Source: a virus (Duplodnaviria > Caudoviricetes). From it: DNA of 64,000 nucleotides. Of this stretch, positions 1 through 9,597 are shown piece after piece. Under the pieces are notes generated by a model. It was not told the origin of the DNA. It saw nothing but the letters and a program-made list of their open reading frames with translations, and searched no databases. Each line of letters begins with the position of its first letter. The stretch's first letter is position 1. A program made the position numbers and the translations under genes. Location of the stretch: IMG/VR virus record IMGVR_UViG_3300031555_004728, positions 128,001-192,000 of that record. One strand, 5' to 3'.

Positions 1-1193
1 TCACCTTTTAACATAAGTTCAATAACTTTTCTTATAGGTTCAGAACCAAATTCATATGTTGTATTAAGAATTTCCTGTTTTTCTTTTAAGAAAGATAATG
101 AATCTTCAATATCTTTCTTAGTATAATTAATTTCACCAAACATATTCTCTCTATTTTTTATAGAAATTTCTAATGATGAAATTATACCTTTCAACCCATC
201 AATATCAGATTGGGAAATTATATTTCTTAATTTAGTATTAGTTAAATCTATTTCTGTTCTAGATTTATCTATGGTTTCTAAATATACTGATAATGAAGAC
301 TGAAGACTTTTTTGTCGTTCGTCACTTGTAATTATCGATGTATTAAGTATCTTTTCCCTTTCCTGAAGAGTTTTTAAACTTAAACTATCTCCTATAGAAC
401 CCTTCATAAGTTTAGATAATTTCTTTTCAGATTCTTTCATTTTAAGTGAAACATCTTCTGGTATTTGTGATAACTGAAATGATGTTTTTCCTATACTATC
501 AGAAATAGATATAATTGATTTTTCTATATCATCTAATTCTTCTATTCTAGTTTTAAGAATAGCCATAGATTCTTCTATATCTTCTATTTCAGTTTTCTTT
601 ATTTTATCCATAACCATGGATATCATAGTTTTAAGAGCATTAAGCTCTGAATTTATTTTTTTAAAATAAACTAAATATACATTAACTTCCTCAAGTCTTT
701 TAGACATGAATGTCTTTCGTTCAGCACTTTTAAGTTCAATCATATTTATTACGTTATTTCCTAAACGAATTAATTTCATGTAATCTTGTTCCATATCTAG
801 TTCATTTTTTACAACTTCTTTGAATGATGTCACATTTCCATTAGGATTTAATTCATCACCATTCTTTTTAATATATGATTTCACAGTATGTGAAGTTTTA
901 CTCGGTGTATAAAAATGCTCTATTTCATATTCATTTCCACCATCCAAAATTACTACTTTTTTATACCCTTTTTTATCTTTCATAATAAGTGGAAGAGCAT
1001 CTCGTTCGTCTAAAGTTCCTAATGTAGCAAATGGATTTAACTGTGATAATAAAACAGTTTTTCCATGCCCATTAGGTCCAGTTATTAAACAAATTTTGTT
1101 TTTTGTGTTTCGTAAATCTAATCTTATATAAGGTGTATGCATTGCAACATTAACACCTTCAAAGTTTTCAAGTATTAATTCACAAATTTTCAT
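1..1193 (-). CDS. SbcC/Rad50 (gp46-like) SMC ATPase, N-terminal part, runs off the window
   Basis: Manual translation from ATG at 1193: MKICELILENFEG...ICLITGPNGHGKT (Walker A), followed by coiled coil. Not in the ORF track because it is truncated. Confidence 0.85.
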   Translation of the reverse strand, partial: MKICELILENFEGVNVAMHTPYIRLDLRNTKNKICLITGPNGHGKTVLLSQLNPFATLGTLDERDALPLIMKDKKGYKKVVILDGGNEYEIEHFYTPSKTSHTVKSYIKKNGDELNPNGNVTSFKEVVKNELDMEQDYMKLIRLGNNVINMIELKSAERKTFMSKRLEEVNVYLVYFKKINSELNALKTMISMVMDKIKKTEIEDIEESMAILKTRIEELDDIEKSIISISDSIGKTSFQLSQIPEDVSLKMKESEKKLSKLMKGSIGDSLSLKTLQEREKILNTSIITSDERQKSLQSSLSVYLETIDKSRTEIDLTNTKLRNIISQSDIDGLKGIISSLEISIKNRENMFGEINYTKKDIEDSLSFLKEKQEILNTTYEFGSEPIRKVIELMLKG

Positions 1194-1240
1194 ATATAAA
1201 ATCCTTTCTCGTATTAAAAATTTGTAAAAGAAAAAATAAT

Positions 1241-1265
1241 AAGGTATACTTAAAAAGTATACCTT
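1241..1265. terminator. Stem-loop, probable intrinsic terminator
   Basis: aaggtatact-taaaa-agtatacctt inverted repeat just after the stop of 1272-2231. Confidence 0.6.
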
Positions 1266-1271
1266 ATTAAA

Positions 1272-2231
1272 TTAATCTACGCAACTCATAAGAAGTTTAA
1301 ATTCTTCATCTGTAATAAAACTTTGAACTGATGATTCAAAAATTTTAAGTAAATCTTTACATCCATAATCTTCATTTGAATATAATTCGGATACAAATGC
1401 TTCAGAGATTTCACCATTTGTTACTGATTCATAAATTGCAGTATCAATGACATCTCCAAGTTCTTCAATAAAACTACAAATATCTGATTCAACAACAAAT
1501 TTCTTTTGTTGCATTTTATTTGAAATTTTATCAATAGTTTTCTCTTCATTTAAATCCGATTTTGCCCATGTATCCAAAGTTCTAATTACTTTACCAGATA
1601 CTTCATTATAAACTTCTTGTGCTTCTTTTCCTGTTATTTTTTTAGCAATAATATCTGAAACTTTCTTTGCTAAAATAGGTCCTAATAAAATACCATCAAC
1701 TAATGCTTTACTTGCATGTTTATTATTTGTAACTTTGGAACCATATGCTATCATGGTTTTAAGAGCCCAATCTAATGGACCAACAGCAATAACAGAAGAT
1801 GCAGCAATTTCACCAGTCATAACTTTTTGTTTAACTTTAAGAAGTTTTTCTTTGTGCTCTTCAAGTTTAACTTTAAGCTCATCTGGTTTATTTTTGTATT
1901 TCTTAATAATTTCTGACTTTTCTTTTGCTGTAGCAACTTTAGCAATAGCACTAGATGAAGCATCCATAGCACCTACAAGTGCTGCTGAAGGTACAGATGC
2001 TATTTTTTTAGCAACTTTAACTACACCAGAATCTTTTTTATTATCATCTAATTTTTTAGGTTCTTCTTTTTTATCAGAATCCTTATCCATATTATCATAT
2101 TTATTCTTAATAGAACGAGCTGCATCAACAGTTTTTAGACCTAAACGTCCAATAGTTCCTTTAGCACTCTCTTCTAAGACCATCTCTTTATAATTTCCAG
2201 CAATTTCTAATAATTCGTCAAAAGTAGCCAT
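1272..2231 (-). CDS. Hypothetical protein, probable head/virion protein
   Basis: 319-aa ORF; AACA-N6-TA motif upstream (2257-2268); VVES/IYES/IFES motifs. Confidence 0.6.
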   Translation of the reverse strand: MATFDELLEIAGNYKEMVLEESAKGTIGRLGLKTVDAARSIKNKYDNMDKDSDKKEEPKKLDDNKKDSGVVKVAKKIASVPSAALVGAMDASSSAIAKVATAKEKSEIIKKYKNKPDELKVKLEEHKEKLLKVKQKVMTGEIAASSVIAVGPLDWALKTMIAYGSKVTNNKHASKALVDGILLGPILAKKVSDIIAKKITGKEAQEVYNEVSGKVIRTLDTWAKSDLNEEKTIDKISNKMQQKKFVVESDICSFIEELGDVIDTAIYESVTNGEISEAFVSELYSNEDYGCKDLLKIFESSVQSFITDEEFKLLMSCVD

Positions 2232-2290
2232 AATAAAAATTCCTTTCTTTTAATATTAAAAAATTGTTTTTATTATAACTAAAACCTAGA

Positions 2291-2599
2291 TTATAGTTTT
2301 ATATATAAAATATATAAACAGATCTGATCATTTTGATGTGGTGTTCCATTAAAATTTGATGACCAATGTCTTAATGATATTACAGCAACTTCATTTTCAG
2401 GATAATCTGTATAAATATACATTCTTGGAGATACTACATATGTTGTAAACATGTTGTATCCTATAATACCAAGTGCCCTATATCCAGATATCCCTATAGA
2501 ATAGTCAAATTCAATAACAGAATTTGTATATGATGATGGTAGAGGAACAAAAACTTTTCTCACTTCAATATTAGTTAATAATTTTTGTTGGTTGCAGTT
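2291..2599 (-). CDS. Silent tail-fibre tip cassette C1 (102 aa from NCN)
   Basis: Open from the repeat end: NCNQQKLLTNIEVRKVF...YILYIKL*; in-frame TAA two codons upstream. Confidence 0.7.
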   Translation of the reverse strand, partial: NCNQQKLLTNIEVRKVFVPLPSSYTNSVIEFDYSIGISGYRALGIIGYNMFTTYVVSPRMYIYTDYPENEVAVISLRHWSSNFNGTPHQNDQICLYILYIKL

Positions 2600-2672
2600 T
2601 TGTTAAGTAAGATTTCTGTAATCTTCGTAAATTATCGATAACTAGAGAAATTTAACTTAACAAAATTGGTTC
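2591..2672 (-). repeat. 82-bp palindromic cassette repeat R1
   Basis: GAACCAATTTTGTTAAGT...ACTTAACAAAACTGCAAC on the minus strand. Confidence 0.97.
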
Positions 2673-2760
2673 CACCAATCCCTCTTCTTCCCTACATATT
2701 TATATCCTCTCTAAATATATACCAAAAACATTTTTTTAATTATATAGAAGGTGATAATTT

Positions 2761-3147
2761 ATGATAACAAATATTTCAAATATTTATAAAATAAAAGATA
2801 ATGAACCAGCATTTATATGTGAAACTTTAGGTCTTTGTAAAGCAGGAGAAAAATATCCACTTCATATACCACAATTAATGCCAAAAATAGATTTCAGAAG
2901 ACCTAAAATAGAAGTAGTTAGATCTAGAGGAACTCTCTGTTTTAAAAATAGTTCTAAATGTAGAGTATTAACTGCATCAGTTATAAAAACTCAAAACTAT
3001 TTAAATATTCCATTTGAACGAAATAAATCATGGGATTCTCAATATGATATTGATGATGCTGGAAATAAATTTATTAGAAAAGGGACTAAAGTTATTTGTA
3101 AATGTCCTACATCATCCATTAAGGATATGACATTTTCAAATGATTAA
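2761..3147 (+). CDS. Hypothetical protein (possible baseplate component)
   Basis: 128-aa ORF; SD AAGGTG; AACA-N6-TA at 2727-2738; directly upstream of the gp53-like gene. Confidence 0.55.
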   Translation: MITNISNIYKIKDNEPAFICETLGLCKAGEKYPLHIPQLMPKIDFRRPKIEVVRSRGTLCFKNSSKCRVLTASVIKTQNYLNIPFERNKSWDSQYDIDDAGNKFIRKGTKVICKCPTSSIKDMTFSND

Positions 3148-3161
3148 GGTGGTGATTTTAA

Positions 3162-3578
3162 ATGACTAAAAATTATGATACAATAGAAAACCAAGTTAAT
3201 AGTGAGAGTAAAGATGATCTTGGATATAGGGAGTATATAAGTAAACTTAGTATAACTGATGAAAGGTCTGGAGATACAATAGTTATTCCATATGAAAATA
3301 TAATCAATACTTATAGAGATTATTTAAAAGATTATGTTGTTGAAGAGGAATTGAATGATGAGATGTATATGAAATATAAACAAAATCCTCAAACTATTTC
3401 TGAAGCATTATATGGAACTATACATTTATGGCATACCATTTTGGAATTAAATGGATGTATTAGTAGATTAGATTTAGTTGGTAAGAAGATTAAGTATTAT
3501 AATCCTACAGTTATAGAAACTCTTCTTAATGAGGTTTTGTTAAAACATGATCAAGTAAATTCAATAAATATCTATTAA
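3162..3578 (+). CDS. Baseplate wedge protein, T4 gp53-like
   Basis: PQTISEALYGTIHLWHTILELN matches the P-x-x-I-S-x-x-L-Y-G...W-x-x-I-L-x-x-N pattern of gp53. Confidence 0.6.
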   Translation: MTKNYDTIENQVNSESKDDLGYREYISKLSITDERSGDTIVIPYENIINTYRDYLKDYVVEEELNDEMYMKYKQNPQTISEALYGTIHLWHTILELNGCISRLDLVGKKIKYYNPTVIETLLNEVLLKHDQVNSINIY

Positions 3579-3581
3579 TAA

Positions 3582-3609
3582 AAGGATATCTGGATTTCCA
3601 GATATCCTT
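3582..3609. terminator. Bidirectional terminator-like hairpin
   Basis: aaggatatctgga-tt-tccagatatcctt between convergent ORFs. Confidence 0.7.
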
Positions 3610-3615
3610 TTATTT

Positions 3616-3978
3616 TTATTTTATCCCAGCAACTGTAACCCAATAAGGTTGAGAAGTCCCCTCTGCTGGTAAATTATACATCCGTATATCAATCTGTGTA
3701 TCAGATATTGCATGAATATCTGCATATGCAGGTGGATTTAAAAATGAATATATTAATCTAGTTTTACTACCTTCAGAATTAATGCTATTATAAAATAAAG
3801 ACATTTCTAACATCATTGAATCTAATATGATATTAGCACTTGCTAAATATAAATGAACATATTTAAATTCCGAAAATTTCATTCCATTAATCAATGTTAA
3901 TTGACCAGAATATGAACCGTTAGCTGATGCAGTAGCAATAATTATTCTATTCTTTAACATCTCTTGTTGGTTGCAGTT
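3616..3978 (-). CDS. Silent tail-fibre tip cassette C2 (120 aa)
   Basis: NCNQQEMLKNRII...YWVTVAGIK*, in frame with the repeat core. Confidence 0.7.
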   Translation of the reverse strand, partial: NCNQQEMLKNRIIIATASANGSYSGQLTLINGMKFSEFKYVHLYLASANIILDSMMLEMSLFYNSINSEGSKTRLIYSFLNPPAYADIHAISDTQIDIRMYNLPAEGTSQPYWVTVAGIK

Positions 3979-4051
3979 TTGTTAAGTAAGTTTTCTGTAA
4001 TTCTCGTAAATTACCAATAGATAGAGAAAGTTAACTTAACAAAATTGGTTC
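3970..4051 (-). repeat. 82-bp repeat R2 (identical to R4 and R13)
   Basis: Direct sequence comparison. Confidence 0.97.
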
Positions 4052-4061
4052 CCCTCCCAAA

Positions 4062-4496
4062 TTATAAATCTTTTATTTTTATAACTTCAGCATATGTTCC
4101 TGCAATACCATCATTAACTGTAAATGCTTGAATTGTGTAAACTCCAAATTGCATTCCCTTTGTACATCTAACAAGTGCAATCATATCTGTAGTTGTATGA
4201 GTTCCATATTCAATATCATTTCCTATATAACTAGCAGAACCGTATTCATGTAATATAAACCATGATCTTTTCTCAGTTGTACTAGAAGTAGAACCTAGTA
4301 TATGTATATGTATTATAGCTAACATATCTTGTTGAATATTGATATAACCACCTCTATCAAATGTAGCTATTTCAGAATCTATAAGGCTTTCATCAGTATC
4401 ATCTTGAAAGAATGAAACATATTTTGAAGATGCTAATGAGTATGTATTTTTGGTATAACCAATTGAACTTTTAAACATTTCTTGTTGGTTGCAGTT
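4062..4496 (-). CDS. Silent tail-fibre tip cassette C3 (144 aa)
   Basis: NCNQQEMFKSSIG...EVIKIKDL*; beta-rich; tandem with C2. Confidence 0.7.
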   Translation of the reverse strand, partial: NCNQQEMFKSSIGYTKNTYSLASSKYVSFFQDDTDESLIDSEIATFDRGGYINIQQDMLAIIHIHILGSTSSTTEKRSWFILHEYGSASYIGNDIEYGTHTTTDMIALVRCTKGMQFGVYTIQAFTVNDGIAGTYAEVIKIKDL

Positions 4497-4569
4497 TTGT
4501 TAAGTAAGGTTTCTGTAATCCTCGTGAATTATCGAAAGATAGAGAAAGTTAACTTAACAAAATTGGTTC
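4488..4569 (-). repeat. 82-bp repeat R3
   Basis: Direct sequence comparison. Confidence 0.97.
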
Positions 4570-4785
4570 CCCCTCCCCCTCCAATACTATTAAAAATGAA
4601 AAGGTTTGAGTAGTCCATAAAAATGGACTACTCAATATTACTAATGACTAAGAGAACGTCAGTACATAAGAACTGACTCTGGTATATTAAACCAAGTAGT
4701 TTACTTCTAACTACTTACTATAAAGTTTAATAAATATAAAAATAAAAGATAAGAGATTTTCTCTTATCTTTTATTTTTTATCTTA

Positions 4786-6330
4786 TTAATTCATTGCATA
4801 TTCTTTAGCAATTCTTTCAACATCCATTGTGTTAAAACTTTCAAGATATAATGCTTTTGAAATATTGAGAAGTGTATACTCAGTAATAGCATTGTCAAAT
4901 GCTGCTTCTTTTACTTCTTTATTTTCATACTTAGCAATTAATGATTTAATAATATCAACAACACCAACTACATAAGTAATTGCTGCTGAATAATAGTACA
5001 AATCTGCTACATAATATTCAAGTGCAATTTCATATACCTTGATAACATCTTTAGGATTATCACATTTGTTAGCCTTAGTTGAAACATATGTAGATGCTTT
5101 ATTTACATATGATTTAACATCAGGATTTTCGAAAAATGAATCTAATGCCGAAACTGCTTTATTCATTTCTGAAATAGCATCTTCAAGTTTGTATACTTTT
5201 GAGTTTGATTTACATTCAAACATTTCTTTTTTCTTAGATTCCATCATTCCTTTTACAGATGCTCTATAATCTTCAACTTCTTTCTTAACAGAATCAAGAT
5301 CATTTGGAGCTTTTACTGTAAGTTCTCCTGTTACAACAGGACTCTTTAAGATATCCTTAGCCATTTTACTAAGTTTCTTAATATTAATAGGAACAATTTT
5401 ACTTCTATACTCACTATAAATTGCTTTGTACATTCCTTCTATACTTGCAATAAATGTAGGATGAGATTTTGAAATTGTTACTTTAGCATCAGATTCTGCT
5501 TTAGCTTTAAAAGATGCTTTGATTTTGTCAATAACACCTTCAGTCACATATTCAGGAATATTAAATTCCGTTTCACCTATTTTAGAATCTGCTGATTCCA
5601 TAGCATTAAATTTGCTAATCATTACTCCTTCAAATAATGAAGGTGTATAAATAGAAGTTGTTTTTCCTACTTCTCTTTCTTTTAATGCTTCCATAAGTGC
5701 AGACTCTGTAGTTATTGATTCATCATTTGTAAGTTCTTCTTCTAAAGCGAGTCTATCTTCTTTTTCTTTTTTTGCAAGTTCAACTTCTGTAATAGCAGTA
5801 TCTCTTACATTATCTTTGATAACATCAGCCAAATCATCAAGATGGTTATCACGAATAACAGCTGATAATTTATCTGTAATTTCTGGTGTCATCTTGAAAT
5901 CATAATCTTCTTCTGTAATAGATTCTGGATTTAATGTTTTCTCCATATATTCACCATTTACGATTTTTTGAACTGATTCGTATACATTCTTGATTACTGA
6001 TGTATTTTTAGGGTTCTTTCTGATAGCTTCTTTTACATAGAATTCTAATCCTTTTCCACAAGATCTTCTTGCGATATAATCTGAAACAAATTTATCTAAA
6101 TCAGGAGTATCTGCTACTCTACCGTTTACTTCAGGAATTGCATTCATACAGATCTTTGAAAGAATGTGATTCATGCAAGTATCAACACCCTTTTGTTTTG
6201 TCTCATTTAAACGACGCAATTTGATAGTTGGATCATTATTGATACTATCGTATGCATTGTCAAGAGAGCGTTGTTTATTAACTTCATCAATGAAGTTAAT
6301 TACTGTATTTTTTCCATCTAAAGGATTCAT
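4786..6330 (-). CDS. Hypothetical virion/head protein
   Basis: 514-aa ORF; AACA-N6-TA at 6360-6371; VYES, TTES, AMES, VTEG motifs. Confidence 0.6.
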   Translation of the reverse strand: MNPLDGKNTVINFIDEVNKQRSLDNAYDSINNDPTIKLRRLNETKQKGVDTCMNHILSKICMNAIPEVNGRVADTPDLDKFVSDYIARRSCGKGLEFYVKEAIRKNPKNTSVIKNVYESVQKIVNGEYMEKTLNPESITEEDYDFKMTPEITDKLSAVIRDNHLDDLADVIKDNVRDTAITEVELAKKEKEDRLALEEELTNDESITTESALMEALKEREVGKTTSIYTPSLFEGVMISKFNAMESADSKIGETEFNIPEYVTEGVIDKIKASFKAKAESDAKVTISKSHPTFIASIEGMYKAIYSEYRSKIVPINIKKLSKMAKDILKSPVVTGELTVKAPNDLDSVKKEVEDYRASVKGMMESKKKEMFECKSNSKVYKLEDAISEMNKAVSALDSFFENPDVKSYVNKASTYVSTKANKCDNPKDVIKVYEIALEYYVADLYYYSAAITYVVGVVDIIKSLIAKYENKEVKEAAFDNAITEYTLLNISKALYLESFNTMDVERIAKEYAMN

Positions 6331-6420
6331 ATCTTTTTACATCCTTTCTTTAATAGTTTTAGTATAATGTTTTTAGTTGATAATATTATGTCAATAACTA
6401 TTAAAGATATTTATTTAAAA

Positions 6421-6759
6421 TTATGACTTTCCAATTATTAATACTGCTATCGATAAAATATGTCCACTTACAAGTCCACCATCTGGATAATTAGCTAATA
6501 AACGCAATCTTTTATTTGATGGTTCTGGTGCAGATGATAGAGTTATAGTATTTGTACAAGGAGTTTGACTAACATGATTTACTGTAAGATGTATAGTACA
6601 TTTTGCATATAAACCACTATCAAAAAATCCTGCTGGTAATAATTCACCTTCAGTAATATAAGTTTCTAATAAATTATTTGATGAGTAGTACATAGTTATA
6701 TTAAATGAACTAATTATTTTATATTTAAAATAATCTTCTTTTTCTTCTTGGTTGCAGTT
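6421..6759 (-). CDS. Silent tail-fibre tip cassette C4 (112 aa)
   Basis: NCNQEEKEDYFKYKIISSFNITMYYSS...IAVLIIGKS*. Confidence 0.7.
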   Translation of the reverse strand, partial: NCNQEEKEDYFKYKIISSFNITMYYSSNNLLETYITEGELLPAGFFDSGLYAKCTIHLTVNHVSQTPCTNTITLSSAPEPSNKRLRLLANYPDGGLVSGHILSIAVLIIGKS

Positions 6760-6832
6760 TTGTTAAGTAAGTTTTCTGTAATTCTCGTAAATTACCAATA
6801 GATAGAGAAAGTTAACTTAACAAAATTGGTTC
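6751..6832 (-). repeat. 82-bp repeat R4
   Basis: Direct sequence comparison. Confidence 0.97.
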
Positions 6833-6837
6833 CCCCC

Positions 6838-7131
6838 TTATAAATATCTTTCAATAAAAGAGCCATTTTCACATCTAAGATGACATAACGCTCCAGCAAA
6901 ATTATGTATAAATATAGATCCATATAATCGTGATGTGTAAATATATCCTTGAAATAGGTGTAATCCTGATGACCATATAATTCCACTTAATAATCTATCT
7001 GATGGAAGATTATTCCATTCTTGTTTTAAAGTATCTATAGGTCCATCACTACCTTCTAATAACATATTGATAGAATCGTTCACAGATATTAATTGGTTTA
7101 TAATATCTTGCTGATCCAGTTGGTTGCAGTT
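6838..7131 (-). CDS. Silent tail-fibre tip cassette C5 (97 aa)
   Basis: NCNQLDQQDIINQLISVNDS...FIERYL*; its stop lies 5 bp before R4. Confidence 0.7.
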   Translation of the reverse strand, partial: NCNQLDQQDIINQLISVNDSINMLLEGSDGPIDTLKQEWNNLPSDRLLSGIIWSSGLHLFQGYIYTSRLYGSIFIHNFAGALCHLRCENGSFIERYL

Positions 7132-7204
7132 TTGTTAAGTAAGATTTCTGTAATTCTCGTAAATTATCGATAACTAGAGAAATTTAACTTAACAAAATTG
7201 GTTC
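7123..7204 (-). repeat. 82-bp repeat R5
   Basis: Direct sequence comparison. Confidence 0.97.
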
Positions 7205-7288
7205 CCCTACCCAGTCTGCTATAATAATAATTCCATATAATTTAGTACTGAAAACAATTTATTAATCGGATATTAGCGAGGTGAAAAT

Positions 7289-8812
7289 ATGCAAAATTTA
7301 GTTAATTCAGAACTTGTAACTGAATCTGTAAAAGGTAAAGTTGGTCAAGTTGTTAGAAAATTAAAAGACCGTGTTGATATTGAAAAGACATGGAATATAT
7401 CTTCAACAAATAAAAAATATTCTGAAAAGAATTTATCTGATGAAGATTATGATACTATAGCAAAAGCATTTGCTGGTATGAGAAAAGCTGAAACATTTCC
7501 TGAATATAAGAAGCATTATTTATCACTCTGTAGTGTAACCGGTATTCCAAAAGATCATGTTGTAATCGTAACTTACAGATTACAACGTTCTAAAGAAAAT
7601 AACTTTGTTGAAATTATTTATAACGTATCTCCAAAGAAAATTACAATTCCATCAGGTAGTACACTTTATCATATGTCTACCTGTCATACAATTGATTCTT
7701 TAGAACCTAAATTCAAGGGAAAATCTGCAAAATCATATTTATATTCTTCACCAAGAATTTATTTTACTCTTAAAAAGAATATGAATAAATTTGCTGCAGA
7801 TATAAAACATGATAAGAAAACTACTACTTATACACCAGTGGAAGATATAAAATATGCGTATATTGATCCATTAGTTCCTGTATATAGTATGGGTGCTGTA
7901 TTTGTAGAGACAAGTTTTCCTATTAAAGTTGAAAAAGTAGATATGAGTAGAAAAAACATCAAAGATGTACAAGAATCCGTACAAGAAGATTTATTTCAAG
8001 AACCTATATTTACATCATTAAGTGATTTTATGGAATATTATGGTTTGGAATTTGCAGATGATGATGAAGTTTATCAAGAAGGTGTTATTAAAGATAAAAT
8101 CGGAGAATTAAAAAGAAAATTCGATGGTAAAAAACATCTTAAAGAAGAATGGGATAAAATTTCAGAAAATATCAATAATAGCGAAGAAACTATGAATTTA
8201 CCAGAAGATGATAAAAAAGAACTTAAAGAAAAATTAATTACTATGAAATCAACAGATAATTTCAATGTTTACAAAAAAGCGCATGATTGGATTTGTAAGT
8301 TATTTAAAATCCCAAGTGATAAAACTGTAATTGAAAAAATTGAGACTGTTGATAAAGATGATGATGTGAATATCAAATATAATGTAGGTAGTGGTAAGAA
8401 AATCATTATACCTACAGATACTGAATTAGTTCATAAAACTGATGTTGACAATATTAGGGAACTTAAACCAGTTTTTAAATCTAAAGGAAAATTCTTCTAT
8501 CCATCAAAAAGAGTATATTTCTCATTAAGAAAGAAAGGTACTAAATCGAATGGAGAACAAAATGAATATATTCCAAAAGAAGAGGTTAAAACTGCATATA
8601 TAGATCCAAGAGCATCAAGTTTTAATTCTAGTTCTATATTTATAGATACTTCTCTTCCTATACCTGTAAAGAAAGTAACAGATAAAATGGTGGAAGAAGA
8701 AAAATCTGTAAAGGAAAATACAATTGATTTAGAACTTAATATTCATAAATATATGTATGAAGGAGTTATTACAGAAGATGAAAAAGAGATTTTAATTAAC
8801 GCTTTAAAATAA
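7289..8812 (+). CDS. Virion-type protein with two tandem homologous domains (possible ADP-ribosyltransferase-like fold)
   Basis: Internal duplication: LYHMS..LEPKFK..RIYFTL..AYIDP..FVETSFPIKV versus LVHKT..LKPVFK..RVYFSL..AYIDP..FIDTSLPIPV; AACA-N6-TA at 7253-7264. Confidence 0.55.
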   Translation: MQNLVNSELVTESVKGKVGQVVRKLKDRVDIEKTWNISSTNKKYSEKNLSDEDYDTIAKAFAGMRKAETFPEYKKHYLSLCSVTGIPKDHVVIVTYRLQRSKENNFVEIIYNVSPKKITIPSGSTLYHMSTCHTIDSLEPKFKGKSAKSYLYSSPRIYFTLKKNMNKFAADIKHDKKTTTYTPVEDIKYAYIDPLVPVYSMGAVFVETSFPIKVEKVDMSRKNIKDVQESVQEDLFQEPIFTSLSDFMEYYGLEFADDDEVYQEGVIKDKIGELKRKFDGKKHLKEEWDKISENINNSEETMNLPEDDKKELKEKLITMKSTDNFNVYKKAHDWICKLFKIPSDKTVIEKIETVDKDDDVNIKYNVGSGKKIIIPTDTELVHKTDVDNIRELKPVFKSKGKFFYPSKRVYFSLRKKGTKSNGEQNEYIPKEEVKTAYIDPRASSFNSSSIFIDTSLPIPVKKVTDKMVEEEKSVKENTIDLELNIHKYMYEGVITEDEKEILINALK

Positions 8813-9010
8813 AAATAAATTTCCTAGGGAGCCATCTGGCAATCCCTAGGAAATTTTCTTGTGTGTAACATGTAAGAAATCACACAGTTACTTTTACCTG
8901 CTATACTATAATCATAAATTGGTATTACAACTACTCTACATAAGGATTCACAATTTTTCCGATAATATTTTCAATATATATTTCATTATAATACAGTATT
9001 TTTAGAGTAC

Positions 9011-9502
9011 CTAAACAGGGTGTTGACATCTCCCGAAAACACGTCTGTGAATGTCACGTGAAACTGTTATTTTTGATCTTACTATATAAAAGACCTTACT
9101 ACATTCTTTACACACAGTATTATCACATGTACGTCTATGCGCCATCATCAGTGGCTTGTGCGATAACATAGATATCGTAGCGACTATTTCTACGAATAGA
9201 ATTTGTCTATCCCTCTTTGCTACATTGCTAAACACGTCTATTATATAATCATCTAAAGGGATTTCGTCAATTTTATAATGACTATTATAGAACCGCGATG
9301 TGTGATGACTATATCTCATATAAAGACCTATTTCGGCTTCGGTATTTGAATGAGAACTTCGAAATGTCCCGAATAACACAACGAATATCATCACCAATGC
9401 AAATAATCTCATGTACTTATTTTTGTACAAGTCTATAGCAATTAAATGATCCAGTTTACTCCGGCTAACTCTTTCCCATTTCATTTTCTCACCTCCTCTC
9501 AT
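9011..9502 (-). CDS. Hypothetical protein with one TM segment
   Basis: Hydrophobic LFALVMIFVVLFG; the real start is probably MKWE after GGAGG. Confidence 0.5.
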   Translation of the reverse strand: MRGGEKMKWERVSRSKLDHLIAIDLYKNKYMRLFALVMIFVVLFGTFRSSHSNTEAEIGLYMRYSHHTSRFYNSHYKIDEIPLDDYIIDVFSNVAKRDRQILFVEIVATISMLSHKPLMMAHRRTCDNTVCKECSKVFYIVRSKITVSRDIHRRVFGRCQHPV

Positions 9503-9561
9503 TCATAAATAATTGTAACTAGGTTTATAAATTATAAAACTTCCTATAAAATAAGCCAGAA

Positions 9562-9573
9562 AACAAATTATTA
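9562..9573 (+). promoter_or_regulatory. AACA-N6-TA late-promoter motif (representative copy)
   Basis: Same motif at 2727, 7253, 42968, 58011, 61028, 63179 (+) and 2257, 6360, 31587, 40604, 57341 (-), each just upstream of a structural-type gene. Confidence 0.7.
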
Positions 9574-9597
9574 ACGTAAATAGAAAGGATTGAAACT

